Source of the DNA: Perna viridis | Taxonomy: Eukaryota | Length of the DNA stretch: 64,000 nt | NCBI GenBank assembly: GCA_037379345.1 | Contig: CM074514.1 | Location: 11,284,001 to 11,348,000, forward strand | Direction: 5' to 3' | Shown: piece by piece, positions 48,201 to 60,714 of the stretch | How positions within the stretch are numbered: position 1 is the first letter of the stretch | How the letters are laid out: every line of letters starts with the position of its first letter | Notes under the pieces: model-generated | Databases searched by the model: none | Seen by the model: the letters and a program-made list of their open reading frames with translations, nothing else | What the model was told of the DNA's origin: nothing | Translations under genes and position numbers: made by a program

Positions 48201-51200
48201 TATTGTATTATATGTACCTTTATTAACATACAGACATCACGTGATTTTCAATTCAGAATAAAATAACATACTCACCAGCAAGATTCTTGTTCTCTCTCCT
48301 GAGGGATTCAATGGTCGAGTTACATTCCTCATACTGAGCTTTGCTTCTGAAAAGTTCGGCAGAATATCCACGAGCCTCAGCTTGAGCAGTATCGACTTCA
48401 GTCTGGAGTTCCTTTACCTTAGTGGTCCATTCCTGAATTGTTCTGTCGAACTGTCGTTGTTTCTTCTCAAGGGTGCTTGAACTGACGTTAGACTGCAAAT
48501 AGTGTAAAATGTCAGTAAATCATATTTTACCTGTGACAACTTTTCACGTTTTTCATAGCGCATTATATTTCTGTCTTTAAGTGACACCAGTCTATATTCC
48601 AATTTCACATGATTAACCAAAAAGAACCAAAAGCACTTAAATTGTCTCGAGAAGTGACGATAAGATGTAAATATGTACTCACTCTTTCGATCTCAACCAA
48701 TAGGTCATCAAGCTCTCCCTGCAGTCTGTTTTTAGCCTTCTCCAAACCACTGGCTTTAGCGTTAGCGGCTTCAGCGTTCTGTTCAGCCTCTGCCAATCTG
48801 GCAGCCAGCTTGCGCCTGAAAATGATAGTACGTATTGGTGTTCGTGTGTGACTTGTGATTATTTATTTTCAGTACTAAAAGACATCCTTTTTGCTGAAAG
48901 AGACATTTTTGTGGTACGTTTATGAGCATGCTCAATATACACTTCCACGAGGTAGAACAAAAGAATTTTTATCGCGGAAGTGTATATTCAGTATGCACCG
49001 CATGGTCATAGACTATCCCAAAGTTAGCACAAAAGAGTCTGTTTGTCATAAATGTAGTTATAAACACCATAGCTAATGATAATACAAAACTTACTTAGCT
49101 TCTTCTAACTCGTCAGCCTTAGCAGTTCCTTCAGTCTCAAATCTTGATCTCCATTGCTGAGCTTCGTTCTTAGCTCTGGACAATTGGCGCTGAAGATCGC
49201 TCTTTGATTCTTGTTCCTCTTCGAAAGCTTCGCGAATGGAGTCGACATCAGCATTCAAGTTTCTGATCTCGTTTTGCAGTTTTTGGCGGGTCTTTAGAAA
49301 AGAAAATAAATACCAAAGATATTAATTTAAGTACGCAATGTTATTTTGTCATCATGATCATTCATTGATTTTGTTAGTATTGGGTTCGTAAATCGTAAAT
49401 CTGAGTATAAGGTTAAAATTGATATTAATACTTGTATACTGATGATGTAAATAATCCTTTTCAACAGAAAAAGCGAGTAATTACCCTTGTCTCGTCTTCA
49501 AGACTGCGTTTTGATTCCTCGAGTTGATGGTTGAGACTAGTTTTATCCTTTGTGAGGGAACCAATGTTGTGTTCAGCATCCTCCAGTTGACGATTGAGGT
49601 CAGCAACCTCGCTCTGAAGTTTGGTTTTCTGTGAGTTTATGTCAACAATGGTCCTCTGACTTTCTTCGACTCGGCTGTTCATTTCTGAGATCTGAACTTC
49701 CATCTGTTTAGCAACTTTGTCGGAGACACCCTTGTTCTTCATGGAATATTGTACCTGGCTCTGAACATCGTCCAATTCGCGCTTAAGATCTTTCTTCTCC
49801 TTTTCGAGTTTTGATTTGAGTTTGTTCAAACCATCTATTTGATCGGCCAGCTCATTGGCTTGGTCTTGTGCTTTTTTGCGGATCTGAGAGACTTGAGACT
49901 CGTTTTGTAGGGTCATCTCTTCCATCTCACGACGAAGTCTGACCAACTCTTGCTCACGTTTTTTGTTCAAGTCAACCTGAGCTTGTGTTGCACCACCTTG
50001 TTCTTCTAGCTGTGAACTAATTTCGTCCAATTCCCTGGCAAGTTCTGCTCTCTGTTTCTCTGCCTATTAATAAGAAATGGTTGATAATATAGGTACTATG
50101 AACTTTTTCCTAGAGAAGGAATTCAATAGAGGGACTTTCTTCCAATTTATCATAGGAATATGTTGTGCTATAAAAAATCTACTTCATTGTCAAATTGATT
50201 TTTTAAATATATTATTTTGATGACTTAGCTTTTAAGTAAAATAGAATACCACTTCTTTATTAACTAAATCGAAATTAGAAAAAAAATCATAAGTAAAGAA
50301 CTAAAATATGGTCCATACCTTAGCTCTTGCAGCTCTCTCAGCTTCAAGTTCCTCTTCCAGCTCCTCAATAGTAGCCATGAGGTCTTTGATCTTCCTATTT
50401 TGTTGAGCATTTACACCTTCACAGTCTTCAATTCTGGAGTTGAGCATGCTCATTTCACTATCCTTCCTATTTGGTTGTAAATAAAAAGTTAGCATATAAA
50501 TGTACAATTTATAAAACTGAATTTAAATCAATTTTTTTTTTAAAATGTTGATAAATTCTTTTAGTGTTTAGCGAAATTATCCATCCTATTTAGTTGTAAA
50601 TAAAAAGTTAATATACATGTACAATTGACTTTAATTGAAAAAAAAATAAATGTCGATCAATTCTTTTAGTGTTTAGCGAAATTTATTGGAAATTTTAAAT
50701 ATAAGAGAAAAATTAAAAAAAAATTAACCACATTTGTCAGTGCCAAGACTTGAATTAACAATTTACAAATAAATAAAATGATCTGATTCATTTATGCATC
50801 AATCTACTTACTTCCTATTGGCTTCCTCTAATTCTCTCTTATTTGATTCAAGATCTTCTACCAGTTCTTGTGTTGCTTTGAGGTCTTGCTCAACCTTACG
50901 TTTAGCCTTGTCGACATCACCTCTGATTTTCTTTTCTCTTTCCAAGCTGTCTTCCATCTCGTCTAATGTCTGTTCGAGTTTCTGTTTAACTTTGTTAAGA
51001 TGGTTGACTTTATCTTCTTCCTTCTGGAGGTCTTCGAGTGTTTTCTTTTGTAGTTCCTCCATGTTCTTTTTCTCTTTGTTCAATTTACCGATTTGCTCGT
51101 CTTGTTGTGCCATTTCACCTTGGAGTGTCTTAATTTGATTGTCTTTTGTGGTTTTATCTTGTTCTGCCTGTTAGCAACAATTGAAAAAAAAATCAAGATG

Positions 51201-54200
51201 TAAATAGAGGAATCCAGTTGTATTTGAGTCATTGAAGCTTTATTTTAATTACTAATTTGAATTAGCTACTATAATGAAGTAATATATCTTTAATTTGCAA
51301 GAAAAACAATTTTTGGAGCTGAGAAGCACTTCAATTTAAGTATATATTAGGTACCTTTGCTAATGTTGTCTCAAGATCTTCTATATCTCTCTTCAGTTCT
51401 GAGTTTTCACCCTCCATCTTCTTTTTAACGTTTTCCAACTCAGCAGCGGCATCTTCTTCATCCAAAAGGCGTTCTTCCATTTCCTTCATCTGGGCCTCAA
51501 ACTCACATTTCTGGTTGACGAGCTGTTGAACTCTCTCTTCAAGATCAATAACAGTGTCTTCCTGTGTTTGTAATTGCAAGAAAAGATCATTTTTCTGCTC
51601 CAACAATTCGACGTTCTTGATTTCGAGTTCTTTCTTGATCTTCTCGGTTTTAGACAAATCTTCTTCCATCTTTTTCATCATTTCCATTTTCTTTTGCATT
51701 TCTTCCTCCTCTCTGGCATAGTTCAACAAAGGCTTTACCTTTGCGAACAATTTCCACCATTGCCAGTTTCGGAGCAAGAGCCACTTTCTGATATTACGTT
51801 GGATGACTGACAGTCCGACTCTGAAATGGTGAATGAAACATTTTTGAGTACAAATTGTATGGTGCCTTTATCACTGACTACCCACAAACCTATTTTAGCT
51901 TTTATAATCTAAGCAGTACTAAAATTTGGATTTTGAAAGAAAAACTGTTTACATAACTAAGCAATTTTCCTATGCTTTTTCCATCACGTTTTTTAACATT
52001 TTGACATGATTCTTACCTCTGATCCTGGAGTTTCTTGTATGCCTTTCTGATGAGGTATCCTCTGATGTGGGCCTGGAACATAGATACAATAGCACCAAGA
52101 CGCTCGTCACGCATGTTTTCCAAGTTACCAAGGACACCAGCCTTGAAGAAGACTTTGGTGTTTCCGAGTTTGTATTCTGCTGGATCCAACTGAAGAGCAA
52201 GAAGAACTTTTTCTGTGACAACTTTGCCGTCAACGAATCCCTGTGGAACAGCATTTGGGGCTAAGATGGAGTATCTCTGTTTGAACTCAGCATAGATGAT
52301 TCTGCTTGGGTATCCCTTGCGGCAAATACGAATTCCTTCAAGTACACCGTTACATTGGAGCTGGTTCAATACCAATTCAGCATCAATAACACCTGGCTGT
52401 TTCATTTCGTTTGGAATGATGCATCTGACGAAGTGAGGATGAGTGCTGTACAAGTTCTTCATCAATTTGTTCAGTGATTCCTGAAGGGAAAGAAAGCAAA
52501 TCAATGGTATGGGAACAACCAAGATTTATCAATTTAAAATTTCGATAGAGAAATTGGATCCATAATTAATTTGTTTGGAACCTTTTCGTTGTATAATATT
52601 CTTGTAGCTGCATGCTGAAAATTTGTGAAATACAATAAAACTACTTACTCTGTGGACAGCGGAGATAGTCTGGAAAGCAGAAGACTTCTTCTTCTTTTTA
52701 GTGCCACCAGTTGCCTCAGCACCTTCAGGTGGAGCAAATAAAGTAACAACTAAGTGCTCTTTGGATCCTTGCAAAAGTTCGACGACAGTCTCATTAATGG
52801 GATCCTTGTTTTTGTCTAACCATCCAGCAATGTTGTATGGTACCTGTGTTTAAAAGAAAATCAAATCTATCAATCAGCCATTTCTGCATATTTGTTTGAT
52901 AGTACATGTGAATCTATTTCTTTCCTGATTCTAAGTTGAAGTAGGTGTGTGATATGAAATCTTCGACAAAATAACCACTAAAAGTCAGGATAGTTACTCC
53001 CAATTCATTGTCAAAGAAAATTCCATGCTTTTTAACAACAAGAACTGCTAATCTTCATCATTAGTACTTACACTGCCAGCGTAATGGTGAAGTTCAAAGT
53101 CCCCATTCTTTCCTTTGGCTGCCTTTCCTGGTTTGGTAAAGTTTGGAGATTTTCCCATGTGGTTGGTGAACAACATTTCTTTGAAGGATTTGTCGTCAGC
53201 CTTGGGGAACATGCACTGTTCTTCTAAGATGGACAATATACCCATGGGCTTCTCAATAAGATCGATACAGGCTTGTAAGTCCATACCGAAGTTGATGAAC
53301 TCCCACTGGATTCCTTCCTTTTTATATTCTTCCTGTTCCAACACGAACATGTGATGGTTGAAGAACTGCTGCAGTCTCTCGTTGGTGTAGTTGATGCACA
53401 ACTGTTCGAAGGTGTTGAACTGTAAGATGAAAATATAAACAGCATCCAGTTAATCATCGTCCAACTTAAAATTTACAGATAATCGGTTACATTTAAAATT
53501 TTGATTTATATTAAATTTACACTTATAGTATATACATTTGATTTTATTGTTTTACTTAGAGAGAAAGACACTTACATCGAAGATTTCGAAACCAGCAATA
53601 TCTAGTACACCAATATAGTAGTTTCTCTTCGCTTTGGTGTCGAGACTGTGGTTGACTCTCTTGACCAACCAAGCAAACAGACGATCGTAAAGAGATTTGG
53701 CCATAGCGCTGATGGAGTTCATGACCTGGGCTTTGTTACGGCCCTGGGCAACAACTTCTGTGCCGACCTTGATCTTTGGTTTGACCAAACATTTGACGAA
53801 GTCGTTGGAGTTGACACCCAAGAGGAAGGAGACCTTCTCGGCCTCAGCGGTACCATCAGGTTCAGCCTGTTCACCTCTTTGTTTAAATTTCATTTCACCC
53901 ATGTGTAAAACGGATGCTGTGCATTTGTAGCAGCTTTTCTTTTCGTCGGCTGTGAAGCCCAAGACGTCAAAAGCGTCCTGTAAATATGGCAAAACATTTT
54001 ATAAGTTGTTACATTAATTAAAACAAGAACATTAACTTGTATATCTTTTTTATATTCTTACGCCTTACTTTCTTGAATAATTGAAAGTGTTCTTTCTGAA
54101 TCTAATTATACGTACTATATATGTGTGTTTAAAGAAACCGACAAAATGTCAACATAGAATAAACTTTTTCTGTGGATTTTCTTTAATTAAAAATATGTTG

Positions 54201-57200
54201 TGTCAAGTAAGAGATTTTAACTTACGTCCATGCCTTTCATTTCTTCTTCGTCGTTGATTCCATCGACAGTGAGAGCTCCCTGGTTGATGAAGGTGTACAA
54301 GGCAGCATCTGGCTGAATCAGCATCATCTCGTGGTACTCTGGCATAGCATTAGTCAACAACTGGTAGAAAACGTGGTAGTTTCTCTCAGCGCTCAGACAG
54401 AAGGTGACACGAGACTTCTCAAGCAAGTCTTAAATATAATAGTAAACATATACTAACTGATACAAGAAAAGTTTTTTTGACTTTATGTAGACCAGACTAA
54501 AATAGTATAACAATGCATTTGCTTCCCTCGCGACGAGAGGTTTATTATAACACCTAAGTTAAACCTCAGAGAGCTCCAAAGATATATTATTAAATAATTG
54601 AACCTCTCGGTCCAGTCAGTTAGGTTTAAATGTCAGCTATTTTTATAGACTTAGATGTTGTTTGTGCAACTGAATCATGAATGCAAGCGCTGTAGAAGGT
54701 GGCAACTATTTTGGAAGCAAGCGCTGTATAAGGTGGCAACTATTTTGGAAGCAAACGCTGTACAAGGTGGTAACTATTTAGGTGCTTATTGATCTTTATC
54801 TCCATCTGCATTAATTTTATTGTAAAACAGCATGATAGTAGCATGAAATAGCAATAAATAGTTCAATGGAATAAAAAACGGATCATTTCCTCCTGATTCA
54901 TCAGCTTGTTAATTATACTTACAAGTTTCAATGTCAGCTCCGGCAATCTTGCCATCAGGACCAAAGTGAATACGGATGAACTTTCCCTGTATAATGCAAA
55001 ATTAACAAATGTTAAATGTGTTGTAAAATCTCGAAAATGAACAGGTCGGCGCAAATACTGTTATGTCTATTTTTATGAAAAGTTTTAATGTGTACGCTGT
55101 TTATTAAGCTACTAGATTTTCCCTATATGTTTGATTTGTCATTTTCTTGAGTAAAATTGATTTAATTTTGATAACTTTAAGAAATAAACTAGCGGAAGTC
55201 ATTTTAATTATTAAAAGGGAAAATTGATGTATGCAAAGAATAATACTTACGAATCTAGAGGAATTGTTGTTACGTGTTGTCTTGGCGTTACCGTATGCTT
55301 CAAGTACAGGGTTAGCCTGCACAATCTGGTCTTCAAGGGTACCCTATTTTTTAAATAAAAGCATGTAATTAAACTACTCATCTTCATACAATACATTTAA
55401 CATTTAAGCAGCAACCATTTGTTTTTTATGTGGGGTGTTAGGATCGAATTTTCTATCCTTTGCCTTTTTATTATTATTTCATTTTAAATTTAGGTCCCGT
55501 CTTTTTATGTTTTATTCTGGCCTGTCCTGACATTTTATTTCTTGAAAACTTCAATCCTGCCTTTTATTTCAAATTTTATCCTACCCCCACCAAAATAAAA
55601 TGGTAGTTCCCTTAATCTTCTGTCGGCACTACAATCACACTATAGAGCGACAAATCGTTAAATAACTAAGAAAGTCTATTTTGTTTGTATCACAAGTTCA
55701 AAATCAATATATGTATTCCTGTTTAATCTGTGAACTTGTGATAGGTACCCATATAGTAGAACAAATGACAACAAAATAAATTTTAAAATTTATTAAAATG
55801 GTTTTGTCATTAATATGATTTATCATGTACCTTCTTAGAATCACTCTTTTCCTCTTCATCCTTGTCTTTCTTGCTAAGGGCAGCAGCGACTTTGGCGAAG
55901 TACATGATGACTTTTTTTGTGTTTTCTGTCTTTCCGGCACCAGATTCCCCACTATGAATAAATAGTTTGTATTATTTTTTCTAAAAATAACACAGAATAT
56001 CATTTCCGTTTTTATTTCAATGATAAGAAGTGTTTTAGTGACTTTTTTTGGGGGGGTGGTGGGGGCGGGGGGGGGGGTGGTGGTTTGTTACGGATATTTG
56101 ATTTACAGTCTGTGGATCTTCTGCAGAAAACATATTAAATGGAATAAATATATGATAAAAGGTTTTTATAACTGTAAGACAGTTCTTACAACAAACGGTT
56201 TTATCAAGTATGATCCCTAAATAAGTTAATGCTTTGCAAATATACCTGATTTGCTTCATGATCTCTGTTTCTAATGTGTATTTCGCTAAGTTGTATGTTT
56301 AATCAGAATGGATAGGACATGGCCTGCGGAACTTCGTTCAATACTTACGTAATTAAGCAAGACTGGTTTTCACGATCTTGCAACATGAACTGGTAAGCAT
56401 TGTCAGCTACAGAGAACAAGTGAGGGGGCATTTCTGTCTTCCTCTTTCCCTTGTACTTAGCAATGACACTGTCAATGTAGATTGGGAGACGTCTATAAGG
56501 ATTGACAGCAACACAGAAAAGTCCAGAGTAGGTCTGTAATATAATATGGAAGTACGTAAGTATGCAATTATGAACTTTCTACAGCCGGTTGTTATATCGG
56601 AGAGTACATGTTTATGCAAAAATTTGAAATTTTTCTCTGTTATTACCGTATCCAGTTAACAGAGCTGCTATGACATTTCTAATAAACTGAAATATTTTAT
56701 GACATATTAAGGTAACTATCAATATACGAGATTGAGCGATCCTGTTTAGATCTATATTTTACGATAAAGAATTGAGAAATGCATGTATTTTTATTACAGA
56801 CATGGCTAGAAAATAATCTAATACATAATCACATTAAAATGGTGCTATTCAAATATTTCTATTATTTTATAAAAAGTCATAAAACACTTAGTTTCAATCA
56901 TACAGACTTACGTAAATGAGCTGATTGGTGTACCTAGCCCTCAAGTTGTGGAGTACAGAGGCCTCGTTAAGGTATGTCATGTTGGCCATGTCTTCAATCA
57001 TTTCGTATTTTGGTGGATTCATCTGTTGGATGTCGTCCTTTTTTACTGTTCGGTTCTGTAATGAAATATTACTATAACAATTAACCTTAGAACATGTTTT
57101 CAACAAAACAGTATAGAGGGCAGTCATCAGACTTGTCAACTCCATGAATTAAAAAATCGCATAACGACAGTTCTAACTCAAGGTTTAGTATCAAACTGCT

Positions 57201-58566
57201 GTACAGCAGCTGTATAGTGAATGAATATTGACAGTGAAGATATTTAATCAAATAAAATAAATATCACAGAGAGACTTGTAGCAAGTCTAACTTTGCCCTA
57301 AATTTCTTTATTAACCTACTTGGAATACCCAAGATGCCCACCATTCTAAAATGGTCTCCGATAAAAAAGGTAAATATCGGTGAAGATAAACGAAAAAATA
57401 ATTATTTAAAGTTGGTTCTTTGGGATAGTGCATATAATTTCACAACCGCTTTCATTCCAGAAACTTAATGATGGACGAGGGTAAATTCAATAGGAGCAAC
57501 CGGAACAGAAATTATTTGTATTGATTATTTGAAAGAAGGTTTGAATGAAACATGTGATCAGTTGAAGATATATTTCGTATTCCGAAACGAATTTTCAATG
57601 TACTTGTTCTGGTCTTGAGTTCATGAGTGCCCAAACCCTTTATTAATAGTATGAAACCATAAATCAGATTGTAAATGGGAAAGGATAATGTGCATTCGAT
57701 CTAAACCTCCTGTTCAAAGGGTATACTCCTTATTGTTTAAAATTGTTTAAAAATGTTACATCTCTGTCATAATTAGCACTAAACCCGCCTCTTTATACAA
57801 AAGATATGGTACTCTTTGCTCTACGTTCAAAGTGTCAAAATATGATTGCCAATTAATATATTCTAATGAATCTTTTAAAAATATATTATCAGTTAACTTG
57901 TGAAAAACGCTACTCTCGCAATAAAAAAAGACTATCCATGAAACCAGAGAGAACTGATTATGATTTTGGTTTTAAATGGGTACTTTATATAATGAATGGA
58001 GCTTGGTTAACACGATTCGCTTGAGTTTTTGCAAAATTTATATTGTCCCCATAACTCGGATAAATCCAAGACCCGTATAATATTTCTAACAACAATTCTT
58101 TGATTTGATAGATAAAATTCGCATGTCTTATTAAGCGTTTGATGTCGGTGATCAATAATTATTAACTAATTTACCAAATTGCAAAAAGGTTTTTAGAGAT
58201 TATTTGGACACGTGTTTCTACTTACAAAGTGATGAAAAATTGATATATGTTTTGTTTATACTAAGTATTTTGAGGATTGTAACAGCGGGATTATTTGGCA
58301 CTCGTTATGACTTTTTCTGAATTGAGGTTAGGTAAACGTCTTCACGAAAAAAAATACAACTCTACCTCATTTGATTCGATGCATTTGACAGTAATATCGT
58401 CTCCTTTCGAAGATTGAATCTCAGCTTTAACAAATCCTTCTTTTTCATCAGGAATCCAGCACATTTTCTTGCCATCGAATTCCTTGGTTTGTTCTTTCAG
58501 TAACTTCGCCCTATCAACGGCCAAGTACTTAAAGTCCGGATCCTGCGCTAACTGTGCCTGCGTCAT
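45286..58566 (-). CDS. MHC: Muscle myosin II heavy chain, paralog B (1945 aa, 24 coding exons)
   Basis: Coding exons: 58566-58366, 57055-56912, 56533-56349, 55951-55831, 55343-55251, 54986-54923, 54428-54226, 53977-53576, 53419-53072, 52843-52649, 52480-52017, 51820-51355, 51167-50812, 50466-50319, 50063-49485, 49291-49095, 48815-48683, 48492-48276, 48151-47911, 47732-47279, 46618-46379, 46195-45995, 45623-45444, 45291-45286 (AAA TAA); total 5838 nt, in frame. Same motor motifs as paralog A; IQ motif [15 protein letters not shown]. The last 6 nt depend on the small terminal exon call. Confidence 0.95.
50459..50683 (-). repeat. ~119-bp tandem duplication covering an MHC-B 3' splice site
   Basis: TATCCTTCCTATTTGGTTGTAAATAAAAAGTTA...ATTCTTTTAGTGTTTAGCGAAAT is repeated as TATCCATCCTATTTAGTTGTAAATAAAAAGTTA...ATTCTTTTAGTGTTTAGCGAAAT. 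Confidence 0.85.
54683..54782. repeat. 34-bp minisatellite, 3 copies, in an MHC-B intron
   Basis: GCAAGCGCTGTAGAAGGTGGCAACTATTTTGGAA-like units start at 54683, 54717 and 54751. Confidence 0.9.
55404..55615. mobile_element. TTAA-flanked MITE-like element in an MHC-B intron
   Basis: Imperfect inverted ends TTAAGCAGCAACCATTTG...GTGGGG / CCCCCACC...AAATGGTAGTTCCCTTAA, with TTAA at both termini. Confidence 0.45.
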
Positions 58567-58719
58567 CTTGAACGAAAGTTACAAGGAGACGAAGGTATAC
58601 TCTGGACAGTCTGTGTTGGTCTTTAGATACAGCTCTAGTCTGAAATGATGGAAGCCTCTTATTAATATTTTGAAAGTTTTTTTCAAAACGTTTGAAATGT
58701 TCACCCAGAATCATTGTGA

Positions 58720-58955
58720 ATGTATTTAACTTACTGTATGAGTAATGCTTTAATGTACACTTATTCAAGTTACTATATCGGTAATACTTGAATGTACACT
58801 TATTCAACTTACTGTTACAGTAATACTTGGCTGTAAACTTATTCAAGTTACTGTATCAGTAATACCGGTACTTAGATGTAAACTTATTTAACTTATTATA
58901 TAAGAAATACTTGTGCGTAAACATATTTAACTTATTGTATTAATAATACTCGATT
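58720..58955. repeat. ~39-bp degenerate minisatellite (about 6 copies) in the MHC-B 5'UTR intron
   Basis: Recurring TGTA(C/A)ACTTATT(C/T)AA(G/C)TTACT...TAATAC units; these explain the 13-aa periodicity of ORF 58529-58846. Confidence 0.8.
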
Positions 58956-59113
58956 TTTAAGTTATTCAATACATCAGTAGTATTTGGGTTTTTAGTCAGT
59001 CGATTGCTTTAAGAGCAGAATAACACAGGAACAAACTACGGAAAAGATGTACCAGGGTATAGGAACTAGGTGATGGGAACGTAGGTAACACATTGGTAAC
59101 ACACTATACTTAC

Positions 59114-59290
59114 AACCCAAAGCTGATCCTTTTAGACGAAATACCGGGTATCCTTAGTTTTTATACCACTGTTTAACTAACCCTGTCAATAACCCTGAAT
59201 CTGATTGGCTTATCAGTGTCCCTGATCAGCTTTTGGACAGCCATGTGAATACTGTATAAGGCTAGTATCACCCACGGAGGGGGCCACGTG
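59114..59290 (-). promoter_or_regulatory. Candidate core promoter and short non-coding exon 1 of MHC-B
   Basis: On the minus strand: E-box CACGTG (59285-59290), AGCCAATCAG CCAAT box (59201-59210), TATAAAAA (59165-59158), then about 25 nt of exon ending GGGTT|GTAAGT (donor at 59113). A matching acceptor ATTTCAG at 58640 lies upstream of the ATG. Confidence 0.7.
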
Positions 59291-59677
59291 CTGTCATACT
59301 TTAGAGTAACGATCAACTTTCTCATTATGTTAATTAGCCAGATAGCCAAATTATACAACTTAGTGTTAATCACAACCAGATATCGATGCTTCATCTGGCA
59401 GTCAATCACTGATCGCACTTAATTACTTCCAATGTCTATAGTGGCTTCAGCAAAGGCTTATTCTTTCCCCGTTCATTTTACGATATTCGTGTCAGTAATG
59501 TGTTCTTATAGCTTTTTATTATAAGAATAAAAAGACTAAATATATGATGGAATATTTTTTTCAAAATTATGAGGTAAAGAGAGATCCCCAAACCAATGGT
59601 ACTGGACATTTCCCTAGTTAACCGTCCTTTCCCCTTTTTTCTACCGCAACCTTTTTCATTGCACCACTTAACCCATA

Positions 59678-59696
59678 CACACACACACACACACAT
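59678..59696. repeat. (AC)n microsatellite
   Basis: About 9 AC dinucleotide repeats. Confidence 0.85.
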
Positions 59697-60714
59697 ATTT
59701 ATTACAGTTAAATTGTACCAACGAATGTAATCGGGCTTTTTACTGAAAAATTAGCTTTCATGATATATTAAAAAATGTTCTACTCTGATAACTGCGTAAA
59801 ACACAGAAAGCCGGTTTTTAACGGCAGATTTTTTTTTTCACGAAAATTTTCTTCATAATGTAAAATTATTTTGTTTCATAATATACTTTTTTTTAGATTT
59901 TTTTTTCTTCTTGACATAAAATATTTCAGTTCCAAAAAATACCTTATTTTTCAATTTCTCTTTCACTTTTTAATATTGTAAAATTTGTGGTGCTGATATA
60001 TATTCACAAAAGCGTACACATGGAATGTATCTTTGTCAGATAAATTGGTTTCAAATCATAGCTACAGTCATTTGTTACAAGGTAAAATTTTGTTTTGACA
60101 CAATAACAAGCTTATGTTCTATAAATTTGTTTGTCTTTTGTTTGAAGAATCGATGGTACATTTGATCTATCTACATGATTCTATCAACGTTTTAGATCTT
60201 CAAGTTTAGTGACATAAGATCTTAGATATAATAGTATAGACACATGCGCTGTACTTTGCCCTTGTGCAATAAATGCCGACAAAGAATGTGCTACTAATTA
60301 TTGGCAAATTGTGCTATATCAATTGTTGGCCTTTCTGAAAATACATAAAAGATCATGTGGTTTCGATGATCTGTATGTTGTCTAAATACAATAGGTACTG
60401 CTACGCCTAAGGCATCCTGAAATTATAGTTTCTGTTGGTAACGTGTAACCCGTAAGTCACTAATCTAAAACATCCTAAGACCGGCGAGAAATCGGAGCTT
60501 TTGTGTAAACTAATTTTCCTTTCTACGGTGTTGCATGGCATCTTTTTATTGCAGAGAGACCATCTAAACTACGTTACTGTGATTTGTAGTTGAAGCGTTT
60601 TGGGGGGATTTTATATATCATGACAAAGCAATGCCTTCTCAGTTTTGTTGTATGTGTTCATATTTATATCCATACCTACTCATACCATTAACTAATTAAT
60701 AACAAGTAGAACAC

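Noticed and set aside
25273-53930. Many plus-strand Ser/Leu/Phe-rich ORFs overlapping myosin exons
   Set aside because: These are antisense shadows of Glu/Lys-rich coiled-coil codons.
54683-54782. 34-bp repeats as a possible CRISPR array
   Set aside because: The units are directly adjacent with no unique spacers, there are no cas genes, and the context is a eukaryotic intron.
45286-58566. MHC-B as a retrocopy, pseudogene or haplotype duplicate of MHC-A
   Set aside because: It keeps 23 coding introns, an intact frame and its own promoter; introns are unalignable and the rod is clearly diverged.
58529-58846. 105-aa ORF with a 13-aa repeat overlapping the MHC-B start
   Set aside because: It is produced by the 39-bp intronic minisatellite and is out of frame with the myosin ATG.
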